A stretch of 64,000 nt of DNA from Centroscyllium fabricii (taxonomy: Eukaryota): assembly GCA_051313645.2 (NCBI GenBank), contig JBNRSN020000004.1:317750001-317814000 (forward strand). Reading direction: 5' to 3'. A program made the translations under genes and the position numbers. The first letter of the stretch is position 1, and each line of letters begins with the position of its first letter. The notes beneath the pieces are model-generated. The model ran no database searches. It was not told the origin of the DNA and worked only from the letters and a program-made list of their open reading frames with translations. Positions 26,190-38,623 of this stretch are shown here, piece by piece.

Positions 26190-27080
26190 GGGCCCTGTTT
26201 TCCTGTGGCCCGATTGCTGCGGGTGCGCGCTCACGTGCACCCGCGGCGCACGCGCACGTAATTAAAAAAAAATTCTGACAGCAATTTCCTGTGGAAAATG
26301 CCGGGTTTTTTTCCAGCGTAGGGGTCTTTTTTTTTTGGTGCGTGGTGCAAGCCACGCCCACTGAGGTCGGCTTTCCCCCCGCACAAAGCACAGAATCGGC
26401 CTGAGGATAAAGAATATCGGGTAGGAAGCACCTTTTTTTTGTTTTTTTTAAGTTTCTAGGAAGTTTTTTTTAGGTTTCTGCCTTTTCTGCTGTTAGGGTT
26501 TTTTTTTGCTGGAAGTGAAAAAAACACGTTTAAAGTTGTTTTTTTTTTTATTCCTTTGCAGATATTTGTCTGTGGTCTTTCAGCTTGTAAATGGGTAGGG
26601 TTTTTTATTTTTTGGTGAAAGTGAAAAAAAAACGGGTTTTTAACGCGAATTAAGCAGCTGTGATGGCCATCAGAGCTGCTGACATCGCGTTCAAAACCCG
26701 TTTTTTTTTCACTTTCACCAAAAAAAAAACCCTACCATTCAAAAGCTGAAAGACCACAGACAAATATCTGCAAAGGAATCAAAAAAAAACTTACCTTTAA
26801 ACGTGTTTCTCCACTTCTCAAAGCTGCTGCAGCACCTCTGAGACTGCTTTATAAATGTGCAGCTGAAGAGAGACTTGCCCACGTGATACACACGCATTTT
26901 GAGCAGCTGCCACAGGAAATCTGCAGCTCAAAGTCTTCCTGGGTAGGAAGCTGAAGCCCCTTGCCCATCAGCACAGGAAATTCACGTTTCTGGTAATCAC
27001 CCGAGCTGCACCCCCACGAGGCATTTCTGACCCCCCTTCGTGGGGGTGCAGCTCTTCTGGAGCACAGGAAAACAGGGCCC
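26190..27080. mobile_element. Harbinger-type MITE with a long internal palindrome
   Basis: Perfect 18-bp TIR GGGCCCTGTTTTCCTGTG, TSD AAT; second copy in opposite orientation at 56775. Confidence 0.9.
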
Positions 27081-27329
27081 AATGACTTATTTATGCTGGT
27101 GCAAGCAAATCCTTCTTTTTCCCCAATAAGTGCAATGCCATTGCATATCTTTCATTGCTGACTATTGGTCAATCCTGTGTGCACCCTAATCTGGCAATTT
27201 TTTTTTACATTTCGTACAATTCTGTGGACATATATAATGAACCTTAGCTGTTCTGTTATTTCATTTTTTTTTGTTATTGTCAATTTTAACTTGTTGATTA
27301 GTTCTGAGATATTTTTTAAAGTGCTGATA

Positions 27330-27600
27330 CAGGTTGAGCACTGTTAATTCAGCACGGTCGGGACCAGGACTGTGCCGAATTTTTGAAAACTCCGAATGAT
27401 TGAAGTTCGTCGAGCGCATGCGCAGACCATTCAAAATGGCCACCGCGAAATTTTGAATGGTCTGCGCTCGCCGAGAGGCCCGGGCATGCGCAGCCACGCG
27501 CGGCGGCCATTTTGCACATGCGCGCACCAGTCGGCCAGATTCGTGCCGGACGTTTGAAATTGCCGGACAATTGGTGTCCGGATTAACGGTGCTGAACCTG
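27330..27600. mobile_element. Tigger/pogo-like MITE, subfamily B
   Basis: TIR CAGGTTGAGCAC / GTGCTGAACCTG, TA TSD. Confidence 0.85.
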
Positions 27601-28156
27601 TATAACAAATGCTGTTACTGACCCCAGAGTACAAATTACCCTAAATGCTCATCCTTTTGAGTATACTTTCCTCCTGTTGCTGATGTTCATGGAAAAGACA
27701 ACGTGACCAGTGGCAACATTTTGCTAAAATTTGCAACCAGAGGAAAATATACTCCCTAAGGTCTACCTCTGTTTAAAATCAGTGTTAACAAGAACCACGG
27801 TACTCTCTTCAGGAATATCTAAATCGACTCTAATAACAGTGTTAAATAGATGAGTTGTAATCTTGCATTAAAATTTGCTAGCTGCAAAAATGGGTGAGGA
27901 AAGAACGTTTTAAACTTTGAAATGTTGTTAGCGGAACACATTGTAATGTTTTACAGACCACAGCTGTAAAGAGGTAGCTTCACATCATTCCCAGCAATAA
28001 GGTAAAGATTCAGACGTGACCTTAACTAAATTTACGTTTGTCGGATTCAGATTTTTCTCTCTTGGTTTACATTTAGGAAACATGTAGTCCTTCATGTGTT
28101 GGACACACACAGCTAATTCTAACTAAAAAGAGCCAAGTAAAAATGTTGCTCAAAAT

Positions 28157-28542
28157 ATAGAAGATAGGAGCAGGAGTAGGCCATTCGGCCCTTCGAGCCT
28201 GCTCCGCCATTCAATGAGATCATGGCTGATCATCCAAACCCAGCACCCCATCCCTGCCTTGTCCCCATATCACTATCGAGCCTGCACCGACACATATCCC
28301 ACCCTATCCCCGTAACCCCACCTATTCAATCGCCCTAACACTGAGGGTCAATTTATCATGGCCAATCAACCTAACCCGCACATCTTTGGACTGTGGGAGG
28401 AAACCGGAGCACCCGAAGGAAACCCACGCAGACACGGGGAGAATGTGCAAACTCCACACAGATAGTACCCGAGGCTGAATTTGAACCCAGGTCTCTAGTG
28501 CTGTAAGACAACAGTGCTAACCACTATGCCACCGTGCTGCCC
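28157..28542 (-). mobile_element. Full-length HE1-like V-SINE
   Basis: tRNA head with A and B boxes, V domain (TGTGGAGTTTGCACATTCTCCCCGTGTCTGCGTGGGTTTCC), CR1 tail. Confidence 0.92.
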
Positions 28543-29038
28543 CTTTTTGACTCTATTAGTCCTGCCGCAGAGCAAGATTTTACCCACAAGCTAATATCTG
28601 GGACTGAAACCATCTGTTTTATGGTTTCAAAGTCTTGGACCAACGGGAGCAAACTAGAACAAAGTCGGGAAGCCAGAGGAACAGGAATCAGGACCAGCAC
28701 TAAAGCTAGCCCATAGAACGTTGGAAATATGTAAAATAAATTATTCTTCAACTTATTAACATTTTGTTACAGCCATGTTAATACTGTTATCATTTAAAAA
28801 ATGCAGCCCACCTTAAATAAAACTTGCATGTGTGTTTTCAGTCTGTATTTTTCATAAAATGCGCAGAAACAACACATGCAGAGAAAGATAGATGTATAAA
28901 ATGCATAATCTGTATAACTTGCCCCTTTCGTTTTCTTTCCCAGAAAATGACTATCTCTTGTTCACTTGAACAATGATAAGTTTTATATCACCATATTTTG
29001 TATCATTCCAGTTTTCAATGCCTTCCCATCTTTTCTAG

Positions 29039-29225
29039 GTGTCCTTTTCCTCGGTGAGCACGATGAAGAGTATGTTTTCACACTGCCTTGTGCCTATGCA
29101 CGTTCCATACTGACAGTCCCCTGGGTAGAACTGGGGGGTAAAGTCAGTATTAACTGTGCCAAGTCTGGTTACTCTGCTGCTGTCACATTCCACACCAAAC
29201 CTTTCTATGGAGGGAAGGTCCACAG
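29039..29225 (+). CDS. OSBPL10: OSBPL10 internal exon
   Basis: Splice sites ttttctAG and GTaat. Encodes [45 protein letters not shown]; phases 1/2 fit the neighbouring exons. Confidence 0.95.
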
Positions 29226-29457
29226 GTAATTTACAAATGCTTAGTACACAATGATAGTACCTGTACCTGTATTGTGAAAACCGTGTTTGACTGAAGAAAA
29301 AGCTGATTTTGTAAATTGTGGATGATATTTAATTTTGTTCAGCTTTCTCACACTGGCTGGAATCACTGTAAGCCACAATTGCCCAATTGAAGTGCTTAGC
29401 AGTTCCTCATGGGCAGTTTCTTAACTACTTGTAGTAATATACCAATTTAGGCTTCAC

Positions 29458-29608
29458 AGGATAGATTTTGACTTTCTGCAATAAGTGTAAAACAGGCGAT
29501 AGCGAATCCATTGAAGTCACTAGAAATAAAAATCAGTAGAAATGTAAAACCGTCTGCCGATTCGTTTTCACCCATTTTACACTATCGCATAATGTCAAAA
29601 TCTACCCC
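29458..29608. repeat. ~150-bp palindromic MITE
   Basis: TAGATTTTGAC / GTCAAAATCTA ends, plus AGTGTAAAA / TTTTACACT and CGAATC / GATTCG arms. Confidence 0.7.
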
Positions 29609-30564
29609 GTCTTTTTTTAAAAGACTGGCAAAAACCAGGAGGAGGGACAATATATTGTGTTACCAACTATTACAATGCTGGGTCACAGTTCTCTATTCAG
29701 TGACTTCCCAGTCTCAGCCATGTTGTTCGACTGAGGTACAAAGGTGAGGAAAAATCCCAGGAAAATTAACGTGGATCTTATGGTTCAATGTTCTAGTGGG
29801 AAGCCGTGGACTTGGAAGCAAGTTACCTACCATGCTGCTCAGGCAGGGAATGTAAAGGCCAAAAGAGAGGGGTTAGAGTAATTAAAATGAGTTCAGAGCG
29901 ATCTTTAACAAACAATTCAATTTGAAGAAAAGCAAATCAATTACTCCAATATTTATGAAATAATTGTTTGGTATTTGCTCTAGTTACTACTGACCTAATA
30001 CTACAGCCCCCCTTTTCCTCACCTCATTTTAATCTCATACCACTAAACTGCTCAGACTTTTCCTCAATTTTCCATTCTTTTTCTACGTAATATCCTTTGT
30101 GTTATCCAGTACCTTATACCTATTTAGTGCTGTTACCTTGTGTGTTAGTCCACTGCTCTTTTTGCATTTGCTTACTAGCCCAATTCCCATCACTTTTCCC
30201 AGTCGTTTCTCAAAACGTGCTTTGAGTTGAGCTTTCTCTTTTACTGAGTCTAATACCAACAATGTATCATCTGTGCACTTTTCACACTTACCAATGCCTC
30301 TCAGCACACAAACCATGCTCTCTATTCCCCTACCCTCCTTAATTATCAAATAGTGTTCACAACAGCAACCCTGTCTGAACTCTTAGCTCTGATGTCTGAA
30401 TAAAGATCACAGGAAGGATAAGGTTTCTCGAACGTTTTTATCCAAATTCCACGTAACAAATCTTGTAGCCTTTTGTTCCCCCCTACCAATGAAAGCAGGT
30501 ACTGGTAAGCCTGACAAGCAGTGGTCATCAGAGAGAACATAGAAGTAGTCAGCTGTGGCTCAAT

Positions 30565-30770
30565 GGTAGCCCTCCCCAACAGCACTAGCAAACACTCCCA
30601 ATGGGACATCGGTTCCGGTCCCACCCAGGTGCAAACCGTCCAGTTTGTACTGGTCCCATCTCCCCCAGAACCGGTTCTAATGTCCCAGGAATTTAAATCC
30701 CTCCCCCTTGCACCATTCCTCTAGCCACGTATTCATCTGAAATATCCTTCTATTTCTACAGCTGCAGAGG
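30565..30770 (-). mobile_element. CR1 ORF1 esterase C-terminal fragment
   Basis: Homologous to ~350-550; translates QMNTWLEEWCKGEGFKFLGH. Confidence 0.8.
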
Positions 30771-30789
30771 TAGTGTGATGGATGCAATG

Positions 30790-31295
30790 GTGCACAGGTA
30801 AGTATGACAGGTGAGAGAATGTAGTGAGAAATATTTTTATTCTTTGTATATGTATCTGCAGGTGACAAGATTTGATGTTTCTGTGAAGCCTCACCTGATT
30901 GGGAGAATTGACAGATGGCTTCTGCCAACTCACATGCAGCTGCCATCTGTTTTCTCATAACGAGAGAGTCATTGGTGAGCCTGACTGCAAGGGTTCACCT
31001 TTCGACAGTGATTGTTAGTCTTTGACAGCACCTCAATGCCGTCAAACACTGACAAATCATCTGTCAAAAAATTATGGGGCCTGACCCTTTAAGAAAGCCG
31101 GCAGATGACGTGTCACGCACTGACATCACCTGACACCGGCTTTCCCTTAATTGGTCGGCTAACCCGCAGGGCGGGGCTTAACAAGGCCAATCAGCAGAAA
31201 ATAGCGTCTATTTGTCAGATGTTGCTGGGGGCGGGACTAGAACCCGGAAGGCAGCAGTCCCGCCCCCACCCGTATCGGCAGGTAAAATCCAGCCC
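30790..31295 (-). mobile_element. Harbinger-derived fragment (one terminus)
   Basis: Ends in AAAATCCAGCCC; 31020-31295 is colinear with 45810-46080 and 33150-33421. Confidence 0.6.
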
Positions 31296-32519
31296 TTTTG
31301 AAACACAGGCAGTCTTTTATTAGTAAAAGTAAGAGACAGTCTCATCAGGAGGCAAAATAGGTTTTATCCATGCAACAACACATTTATGTAAGTTTTTTTG
31401 TACAGCTCATAAAAACCTTCAAAATAATCCAAAAGCTGAAGTACATTTTTGAACAAAGCTGTTTGCATTAAAAATGCAAAGTTACTGAGTTTACTTGGAA
31501 GAATTGCCACATTCCGAAACACTTAATTGCCGGTTTTATCAGTTCTGTTCACTTGCCTCTTTGCACTTGTTGATTAAATTGTCTCTTTTGTTGTGTTATG
31601 TTCCCTTCCATGTATGAAGTGGTGTTTTTGACCTTGCATAGCTTCCAGTCCCATGCACAGTTGATGATAGCTGAGCCAGCTCTACCCATAACCATTTCTG
31701 TGGTATCCAAAGTCCCACTAAATAACAGGAAGCATGAACCCAGGACATCATCCACACATTCAGCCACTTCAGTCATAACTTTACAACTAGTTGGTTGGAG
31801 AAATGTAAAGAATTCTTTGCTTTTTCCATGAGTAGGAAACCTCGTTACCGCATTCAACTGAAACCAGAATATAAACAGCAGCATTTAATCCACATCGATT
31901 TTAATGGCCCGGATGTTGAGCTCAGTGGCGAAGAAACAGCGCTCGCCGTTCACTTCGCTCACAGCTGCCCACAAAGATTTTACGGGCTTTAGAGCGCAAG
32001 ACTTTCTAATCTGGCATCTGTTTCAGCACCGCGCCCTCTACAGTGGCTCTGGTGTCTGTGAGCTGGAAAGAAACAGCAAGGCCCGTCAACCAACAGATTG
32101 AAGAATCCTCACTGAGACACAGACCGTCTAAACCAGGAAGTATAAAGCAGGAAATTTAAATTAGATTTAAATGATGTACAGATAGCAAAATAAAGATTGT
32201 GAAATACAGATGAGATTAAGGGAGAGAGATGAAAGAGACTGAAAGAAAAAGAAAAAATAAGATTTTTTAAATTTTAATTTTTTTCTTAAACCTAAACACT
32301 CATTTTCTTCTGAGGGAGAGACGGCACACCTGTAAAATAAAATGTTCAGGGTCAAAGAGGTTGTTCAGTAATTATCTTCCGATTTGCACGTTTAACTGCA
32401 CATGTATGGACACCAAAAGTTGCTGTCCAATTTATCCCGTTAATACAGTGAGCGCTGTTAGCCTCACCATTATTCTTATCTTAAAATATGGCCCAATGTC
32501 TTAATGAAAAAATTGCAGG

Positions 32520-32754
32520 ATCTCTTCTTATGCAGCAACTGGTTAGGATCTGAAATGCACTGCTTGAAAGGGTGGTGGAGCCAAACTCAATCGTGGCTTT
32601 CAAAAGGGAATTGGATAAGTACCTGAAGGAAAAGAAATTGTAGGGCTACAGGGCAAGGGCGGAGGAGTGGGACTAGCTGTAGTGCTCTTGCAGAGAGCCA
32701 GCATGGGCTTGATGGGCCGAATGGCCTCCTGTGATGTAACCATTCTATGATTCT
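32520..32754 (+). mobile_element. CR1 LINE 3' end
   Basis: FKRELDKYLKE-type end and tail GATGGGCCGAATGGCCTCCT..TTCTATGATTCTAT. Confidence 0.8.
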
Positions 32755-33421
32755 ATAAGATGGGGATGTGATTATGTAAATAGAGAGAGGGGCATGGGTG
32801 GAGGTGCAAGCTATGTTGGTGTGAGTAAGGATGTGCAGGAGTAGGGTAGAGAAGACAGGGTGATGGGGATGTGATGAGACGCACAGCAGGATGAAGTTGA
32901 GTGTGACTTTGTACTAACTTTTCCTGATCTAATGAGATCATTGAAACGTTTGCACCACTGCATCCAGATCCTCCTGAACACATCCCTGCTTGTGACCTCC
33001 TCTGCAATCTGCAACCAGGCTGTTTTAGACTACAGTGGAGGTCTCTTCCACCCATCGGAAGGGAAGAGGACCTCCCTGCGTGCTCTGACTCCCTCCATAA
33101 GTATATGGCAGTCATCGGAGAACCTGGGTGCCTCTGTGCAGTCATTGTCAGTGTTTGCAGCACTCCAATGCGGTAGTGCACTGACAGCACTATGTTAGAT
33201 TAAATGTCAAATGTAATGTGGCCATGGTCCTTTTTACGACCCCAGCTGAAAACACGTCATGAATGACGTCACCAGACCCGCTCCATTTAATTGGGCTGGG
33301 TAACGAGCTGGGCGGGCTTAATAGGCCCTATTAACATAAGTTCATTTTCAGCAGCGGGATGGAGCCAGCAGCCATGGCCACTGCCTGCACCAGACCCGCC
33401 GAGGTAGGCAAAATTCTGGCC
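32755..33421 (-). mobile_element. Harbinger-derived fragment with Myb/SANT-like ORF remnant
   Basis: Translates AWLQIAEEVTSRDVFRRIWMQWCKRFNDLIRSGK; paralogous to 45400-46080. Confidence 0.75.
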
Positions 33422-33975
33422 ATTATCTGTAAATATGGGGTCAGCTTCCAGCGAGACTCAGCTTTACTTCTCCGCCACCACTCTCAACTCAACTACTATT
33501 GCTGCGCTGTCTGACTGCCTGTCCAACATCCAGTCATCGATGAGTCAGATATTTAGCCTTTTTCCTTCACGTCATTATGCATCAGATTTGTAGAACGGAA
33601 CGTACCACATGGTTACCTTTGGGATACAGAATATATTTTCCAAGCGATGACTTTTCACACTTGGTTTATGTGGCTTGCTCCTAAATGGAATAGCTGTTAC
33701 ATATACAACAAATGTACAGTATTGTATTAACCTCATAAAAGTGGCAGCAGGTATTATCACCTTGGATATCAATGTGGTCAAACTCCGGTAGCACCAGACA
33801 GGCACCATTTTAGACACAACCTTTGGTGTGGTCTATGACCAAAATAACTTCACATAAGTAGTTTAGTCACTGTCAGATAAAAAGTAACCTGTTTCTGCTT
33901 CATTGGATGCTCATCAATTTACAAATGCAAAAAGTCACACAACACCAGGTTTAAAGTCCAACGTTTTATTTTAAA

Positions 33976-34013
33976 TCACAAGCTTTCGGAGCGTCTGCCC
34001 CTTCGTCAGGCAA
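33976..34013 (-). ncRNA. Minimal type I hammerhead ribozyme (3' pLTR)
   Basis: UUGC-CUGACGA-A-GGGGC-agac-GCUCC-GAAA-GC-UU-GUGA, with palindrome AAGCUU; followed by AATAAA at 33970-33965. Confidence 0.8.
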
Positions 34014-34293
34014 AGAGAAACTGAGGTCAAAGATCACACACATGGGGGAGGGGAGAAATTTGATCCCATACATCCAACCCTAGAGCACACAAGCATATTA
34101 GCATACCTTAACACCTCAGTCTGCAAACAATGGGGCACAATTGCAAAACACAGTGTGATTTTTTTTCCCTTTTTTAAAGCAAAAAAGACACATCAAAAGG
34201 GTGCAGTCACCGGGCCTAACGCTAGTCTGCTGTAAATCCCACAGAATTAAGCCGAAGATGGTTCGGGTCTGGACGACTCCACGTCAGGCAGGG

Positions 34294-36962
34294 TCACATG
34301 TAGCGCGACATAAACCCAATATCACGGTTGAGGCCGTGCTCATGGGTGCGGAACTTGGCAATCAGCCTCTGCTCGACGATTTTGCGTTGTCGTGTATCTT
34401 GAAGGCCACCCTGGAGAATGCTCACCCGAAGATCGGAAGCTGAATGTCCTTGACAGCTGAAATGTTCCCCGACTGGGAGGGAACATTCCTGCCTGGCGAT
34501 TGTTGCGCGGTGCCCGTTCATCCGTTGTCGTAGTGTCTGCATGGTCTCGCCGATGTACCATGCGCCGGAGCATCCTTTCCTGCAACGTATGAGGTAGACA
34601 ACATTGGTCGAGTTACATGAGTATGTGCCATGTACCTGGTGTGTTGTGTCCTCACGTGTGATGATTGTATCTGTGCTGATGATTCGGCACGTTTTGCAGA
34701 GGTTGCTGTGGCAGGGTTGTGTGATGTCGTGGTTGCTGTTCTCCTGAAGGCTGGGTAATTTGCTGCGAACTATAGTCTGTTTGAGGTTAGGTGGCTGTTT
34801 GAAGGCGAGTAGTGGAGGCGCGGGGATGGCCTTAGCGAGGTGTTCGTCATCATCAATGACATGCTGAAGGCTGCGAAGAACATGGCGTAGTTTCTCCGCT
34901 CCGGGGAAGTACTGGACGACAAAGGGTACTCTGTTGGTTGTGTCCCGTGTTTGTCTTCTGAGGAGATCTACGCGATTTTTCGTTGTGGCCCGTCGGAACT
35001 GTCGATCGATGAGTCGAGTGTCATACCCCGTTCTTACGAGGGCGTCTTTCAGTGTCTGTAGGTGTCTGTCGCGTTCCTCCTCATCTGAGCAGATCCTGTG
35101 TATTCGCAGGGCTTGTCCATAGGGGATGGCTTCTTTAACGTGGTTCGGGTGGAAGCTGGAGTAGTGGAGCATCCTGAGGTTGTCTGTGGGTTTGCGGTAG
35201 AGGGAAGTGCTGAGGCATCCGTTTTTGATAGAGATTCGTGTGTCCAAGAATGAAACCGATTCTGAGGAGTAGTCCATGGTGAGTTTGATGGTGGGATGGA
35301 ACTTGTTTATGTTATCGTGTAGTCTTTTCAGTGATTCTTCACCGTGGGTCCACAGGAGGAAAATGTCGTCGATGTATCTGGTGTATAGCGTTGGTTGGAG
35401 GTACTGTGTAGCGAAGAAGTCTTGCTCGAACTTGTGCATGAAGATGTTGGCGTACTGGGGTGCGAATTTGGTCCCCATGGCTGTTCCGTGTGTTTGGGTA
35501 AAAAAATTGTTGTCGAAGGTGAAAACATTGTGGTCAAGGATGAAGCGGATGAGTTGTAGGATGATGTCTGGAGATTGGCTGTTGTTGGTGTTGAGTACTG
35601 AAGCTGTCGCAGCGATGCCGTCATCGTGGGGGATACTGGTGTAGAGTGCCGAGACGTCCATCGTGGCAAGGAGTGTTCCTGGTTCAACTGGTCCGTGGGT
35701 GCTGAGTTTTTGTAAGAAGTCTGTAGTGTCGCGACAAAAGCTTGGGGTTCTCTGAACGATGGGTTTCAGGATGCCCTCGATGTATCCAGAGAGGTTCTCA
35801 CATAGGGTTCCACTGCCTGATACAATAGGGCGTCCCGGTGTGTTGGCTTTGTGTATCTTTGGGAGGCAGTAGAAATCTCCCATGCGGGGATTCCGTGGGA
35901 TGAGGGTGTGTAGGGTGTTCTGAAAGCCTGGGTCGAAGGTCTTGATCAGTCTGTTGAGCTGGCGGGTGTGTTCCTTGGTCGGATCTGCGGGTAGCTGTCT
36001 GTAGTGTTCTTGGTTGTCCAGTTGTCGGTATGCTTCTTTGCAATAGTCTGTTCTGTTCTGTATGACGATGGCTCCTCCTTTGTCTGCCGGTTTGATGACG
36101 ATGTTGCGGTTGGTCTTAAGAGCGCGGATGGTGTCGCGTTGTGCTCGGTTGACATTCTGGACTGTCTTGTGAGTGCGGCTGATGAATTTGGCATTGATGC
36201 ATCTCCTGACAGCTTGAGCATACATGTCCAGCTTAGGGCAGCGGCCCTCTGGAGGGGTCCAATTCGATTCTTCTTTGGTTGCTGCATTGCGTATTCCTCT
36301 ATCAGCTGTTCCGGATCATTGATTGTCTCATTGGGTTCGCCGACATCTGGGGGTCTGTGGAAGTATTCCCGGATCCTAATTCTCCTGATGAATTCCTCTG
36401 TGTCCACCGCAAGACCAATGGGGTCCATCTTGGTGGTGGGGCAGAAATTGAGCTCTCGGCTGAGTACTTCGATTTCATCTGGTTGAAGGATGTGGTCGGA
36501 CAAGTTGACGATGGATTTTCCTGTGGTTTCAACCGTGGTACCAGTGGAGGCTTGGTTTCTGCTGGTGGTGATGCCGAGTTTCTCAAGCTTCCTGTTCTTG
36601 ATGTGCATGTAGGCAGTGTAGTTCCGTCGCCTTGTCTGTTTGGCAGTGTCTCGTAGCTGGTCTGCTGTGTCCTGGGCACAGGCTGAGAACATGGACTCCA
36701 TCCTAGTTTCGAGGTTGCGGCGTCTGCTGTAGAGCTGGTGTACGAGATGGTTGAGGAGTTTGTAAGAAGTACGGCGGCAGAGTCTCTCAGCATAGTCTGT
36801 GTTGTAGGTTGACTTGAGTGGGTTTGTGATCTGTAGTCCTTTTGGGATCTTGTCTGCTTTCCTGCATCTCTGTAGAAATTTGATGTCTGTGTCTAGATGT
36901 GCGATCTTTTTGCAGAGTCTCTCCACTTGGAGCCGGCAGTTCGTGGTGTCGATAGTAGCCAT
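34294..36962 (-). CDS. Penelope-like polyprotein (N-terminal region, RT, Cys linker, GIY-YIG endonuclease) with one frameshift near 36270
   Basis: ATG at 36962 (MATIDTTNCR..) is open to ..QQPK, then shifts frame to ESNWTPPEGRCPKLDMYAQ, which continues as the 643-aa ORF with MDVSALYTSIP, GTAMG, RYIDD, CHSNLCKTC and VVYLIRC..WYIGET. Confidence 0.9.
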
Positions 36963-37049
36963 AATGCGGAGGTGCCGGTGTTGGACTGGGGTGGACAAAT
37001 GCAAAAAGTCACACAACACCAGGTTTAAAGTCCAATGTTTTATTTTAAA

Positions 37050-37087
37050 TCACAAGCTTTCGGAGCGTCTGCCCCTTCGTCAGGCAA
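37050..37087 (-). ncRNA. Minimal type I hammerhead ribozyme (5' pLTR)
   Basis: Identical to 33976-34013; lies about 90 nt upstream of the ORF ATG. Confidence 0.8.
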
Positions 37088-38129
37088 AGAGAAACTGAGG
37101 TCAAAGATCACACACATGGGGGAGGGGAGAAATTTGATCCCATACATCCAACCCTAGAGCACACAAGCATATTAGCATACCTTAACACCTCAGTCTGCAA
37201 ACAATGGGGCACAATTGCAAAACACAGTGTGATTTTTTTTCCCTTTTTTAAAGCAAAAAAGACACATCAAAAGGGTGCAGTCACAGGGCCTAACGCTAGT
37301 CTGCTGTAAATCCCACAGAATTAAGCCGAAGATGGTTCGGGTCTGGACGACTCCACGTCAGGCAGGGTCACACGTAGCGCGACATAAACCCAATATCACG
37401 GTTGAGGCCGTGCTCATGGGTGCGGAACTTGGCAATCAGCCTCTGCTCGACGATTTTGCGTTGTCGTGTATCTTGAAGGCCACCCTGGAGAATGCTCACC
37501 CGAAGATCGGAAGCTGAATGTCCTTGACCGCTGAAATGTTCCCCGACTGGGAGGGAACATTCCTGCCTGGCGATTGTTGCGCGGTGCCCGTTCATCCGTT
37601 GTCGTAGTGTCTGCATGGTCTCGCCGATGTACCATGCGCCGGAGCATCCTTTCCTGCAACGTATGAGGTAGACAACATTGGTCGAGTTACATGAGTATGT
37701 GCCATGTACCTGGTGTGTTGTGTCCTCACGTGTGATGATTGTATCTGTGCTGATGATTCGGCACGTTTTGCAGAGGTTGCTGTGGCAGGGTTGTGTGGTG
37801 TTGTGGTTGCTGTTCTCCATCAATTTACAGACCACATTTGTGACATGTCCACAAACAGTAAGCATTTATTCTTTGCAAGTAGCTTATTTGATGTCAATAA
37901 TTTTACCTTAGTTAATTTCTCTTTCACGTCAGCTTTTTTTCATTTCTCTTCTTCAAATCACAATTTGAGTGACTGTTAAAATTCAGGTTATATCAGTAGT
38001 ACTGTAGCTATTAAATCTAGGTGACTCTATCCACACTTGACCAGATCCTTACATCCTTTCTCTTCCAGCTTGTGCAGTGATTAAAAATGTAAACTGTCTT
38101 TTAATACCTTCTCCTATGACTTCGTGATT

Positions 38130-38500
38130 AAGGCAGTAACTGAGCCAGAGCGATCAGGAAGGTGCCAGGTTCGAGCCCCAGTTGAGTTACTTCATCTCAG
38201 TGGGGCAGCAGTAAGAAAGCTAGAATTAACTTCAGCACCCCTGGAGAGAGAGACAACTCAGTTAGCACCCCACTGCAGATCGTTATCCAGTGACCTGTGC
38301 TGGAAATGTCAGGTGAGGTCAGGATCAGGCTTGGCTGTGAACCCCCACGGTCAAATAGCCCACCAAAACTCACTGTCAAGTCTCAGCAATAATGCCCTGG
38401 CATGTGAGATGCCAGAAGGACCTGCAGAACACTACGCAAGTATGGATTCAGTGCTTTTAGGAGAGAAGGAGGTGAGAAAATTGTCCGAAAAAAAGGAGAG
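38130..38500 (+). mobile_element. LF-SINE-like SINE
   Basis: B box GGTTCGAGCCC, GATCGTTATCCAGTGACC and GGATCAGGCTTGGCTGTGA. Confidence 0.6.
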
Positions 38501-38623
38501 AAAAAATACTCTACTAGAGAATTATCACGATGTTCACTTTTTTAGGATGGCAGATTGAAAGGGAAAAAACATCCATTAATTTGATGAGATTTGTATCGGG
38601 TCCATCCTGAATGCAGTCACATA

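Larger units (their letters stand above)
33921..37817 (-). mobile_element. Young Penelope-like retroelement (Neptune type) in partial-tandem form
   Basis: Direct repeats 33921-34743 and 36995-37817 (offset 3074, about 6 mismatches by eye). TSD CATCAATTTACA at 33912-33923 and 37818-37829. Contains an RT and GIY-YIG ORF. Confidence 0.96.

Noticed and set aside
33921-37817. LTR retrotransposon interpretation of the 820-bp direct repeats
   Set aside because: The repeats include GIY-YIG coding sequence and lack TG..CA ends, and there is no gag or integrase; this is a Penelope pseudo-LTR.
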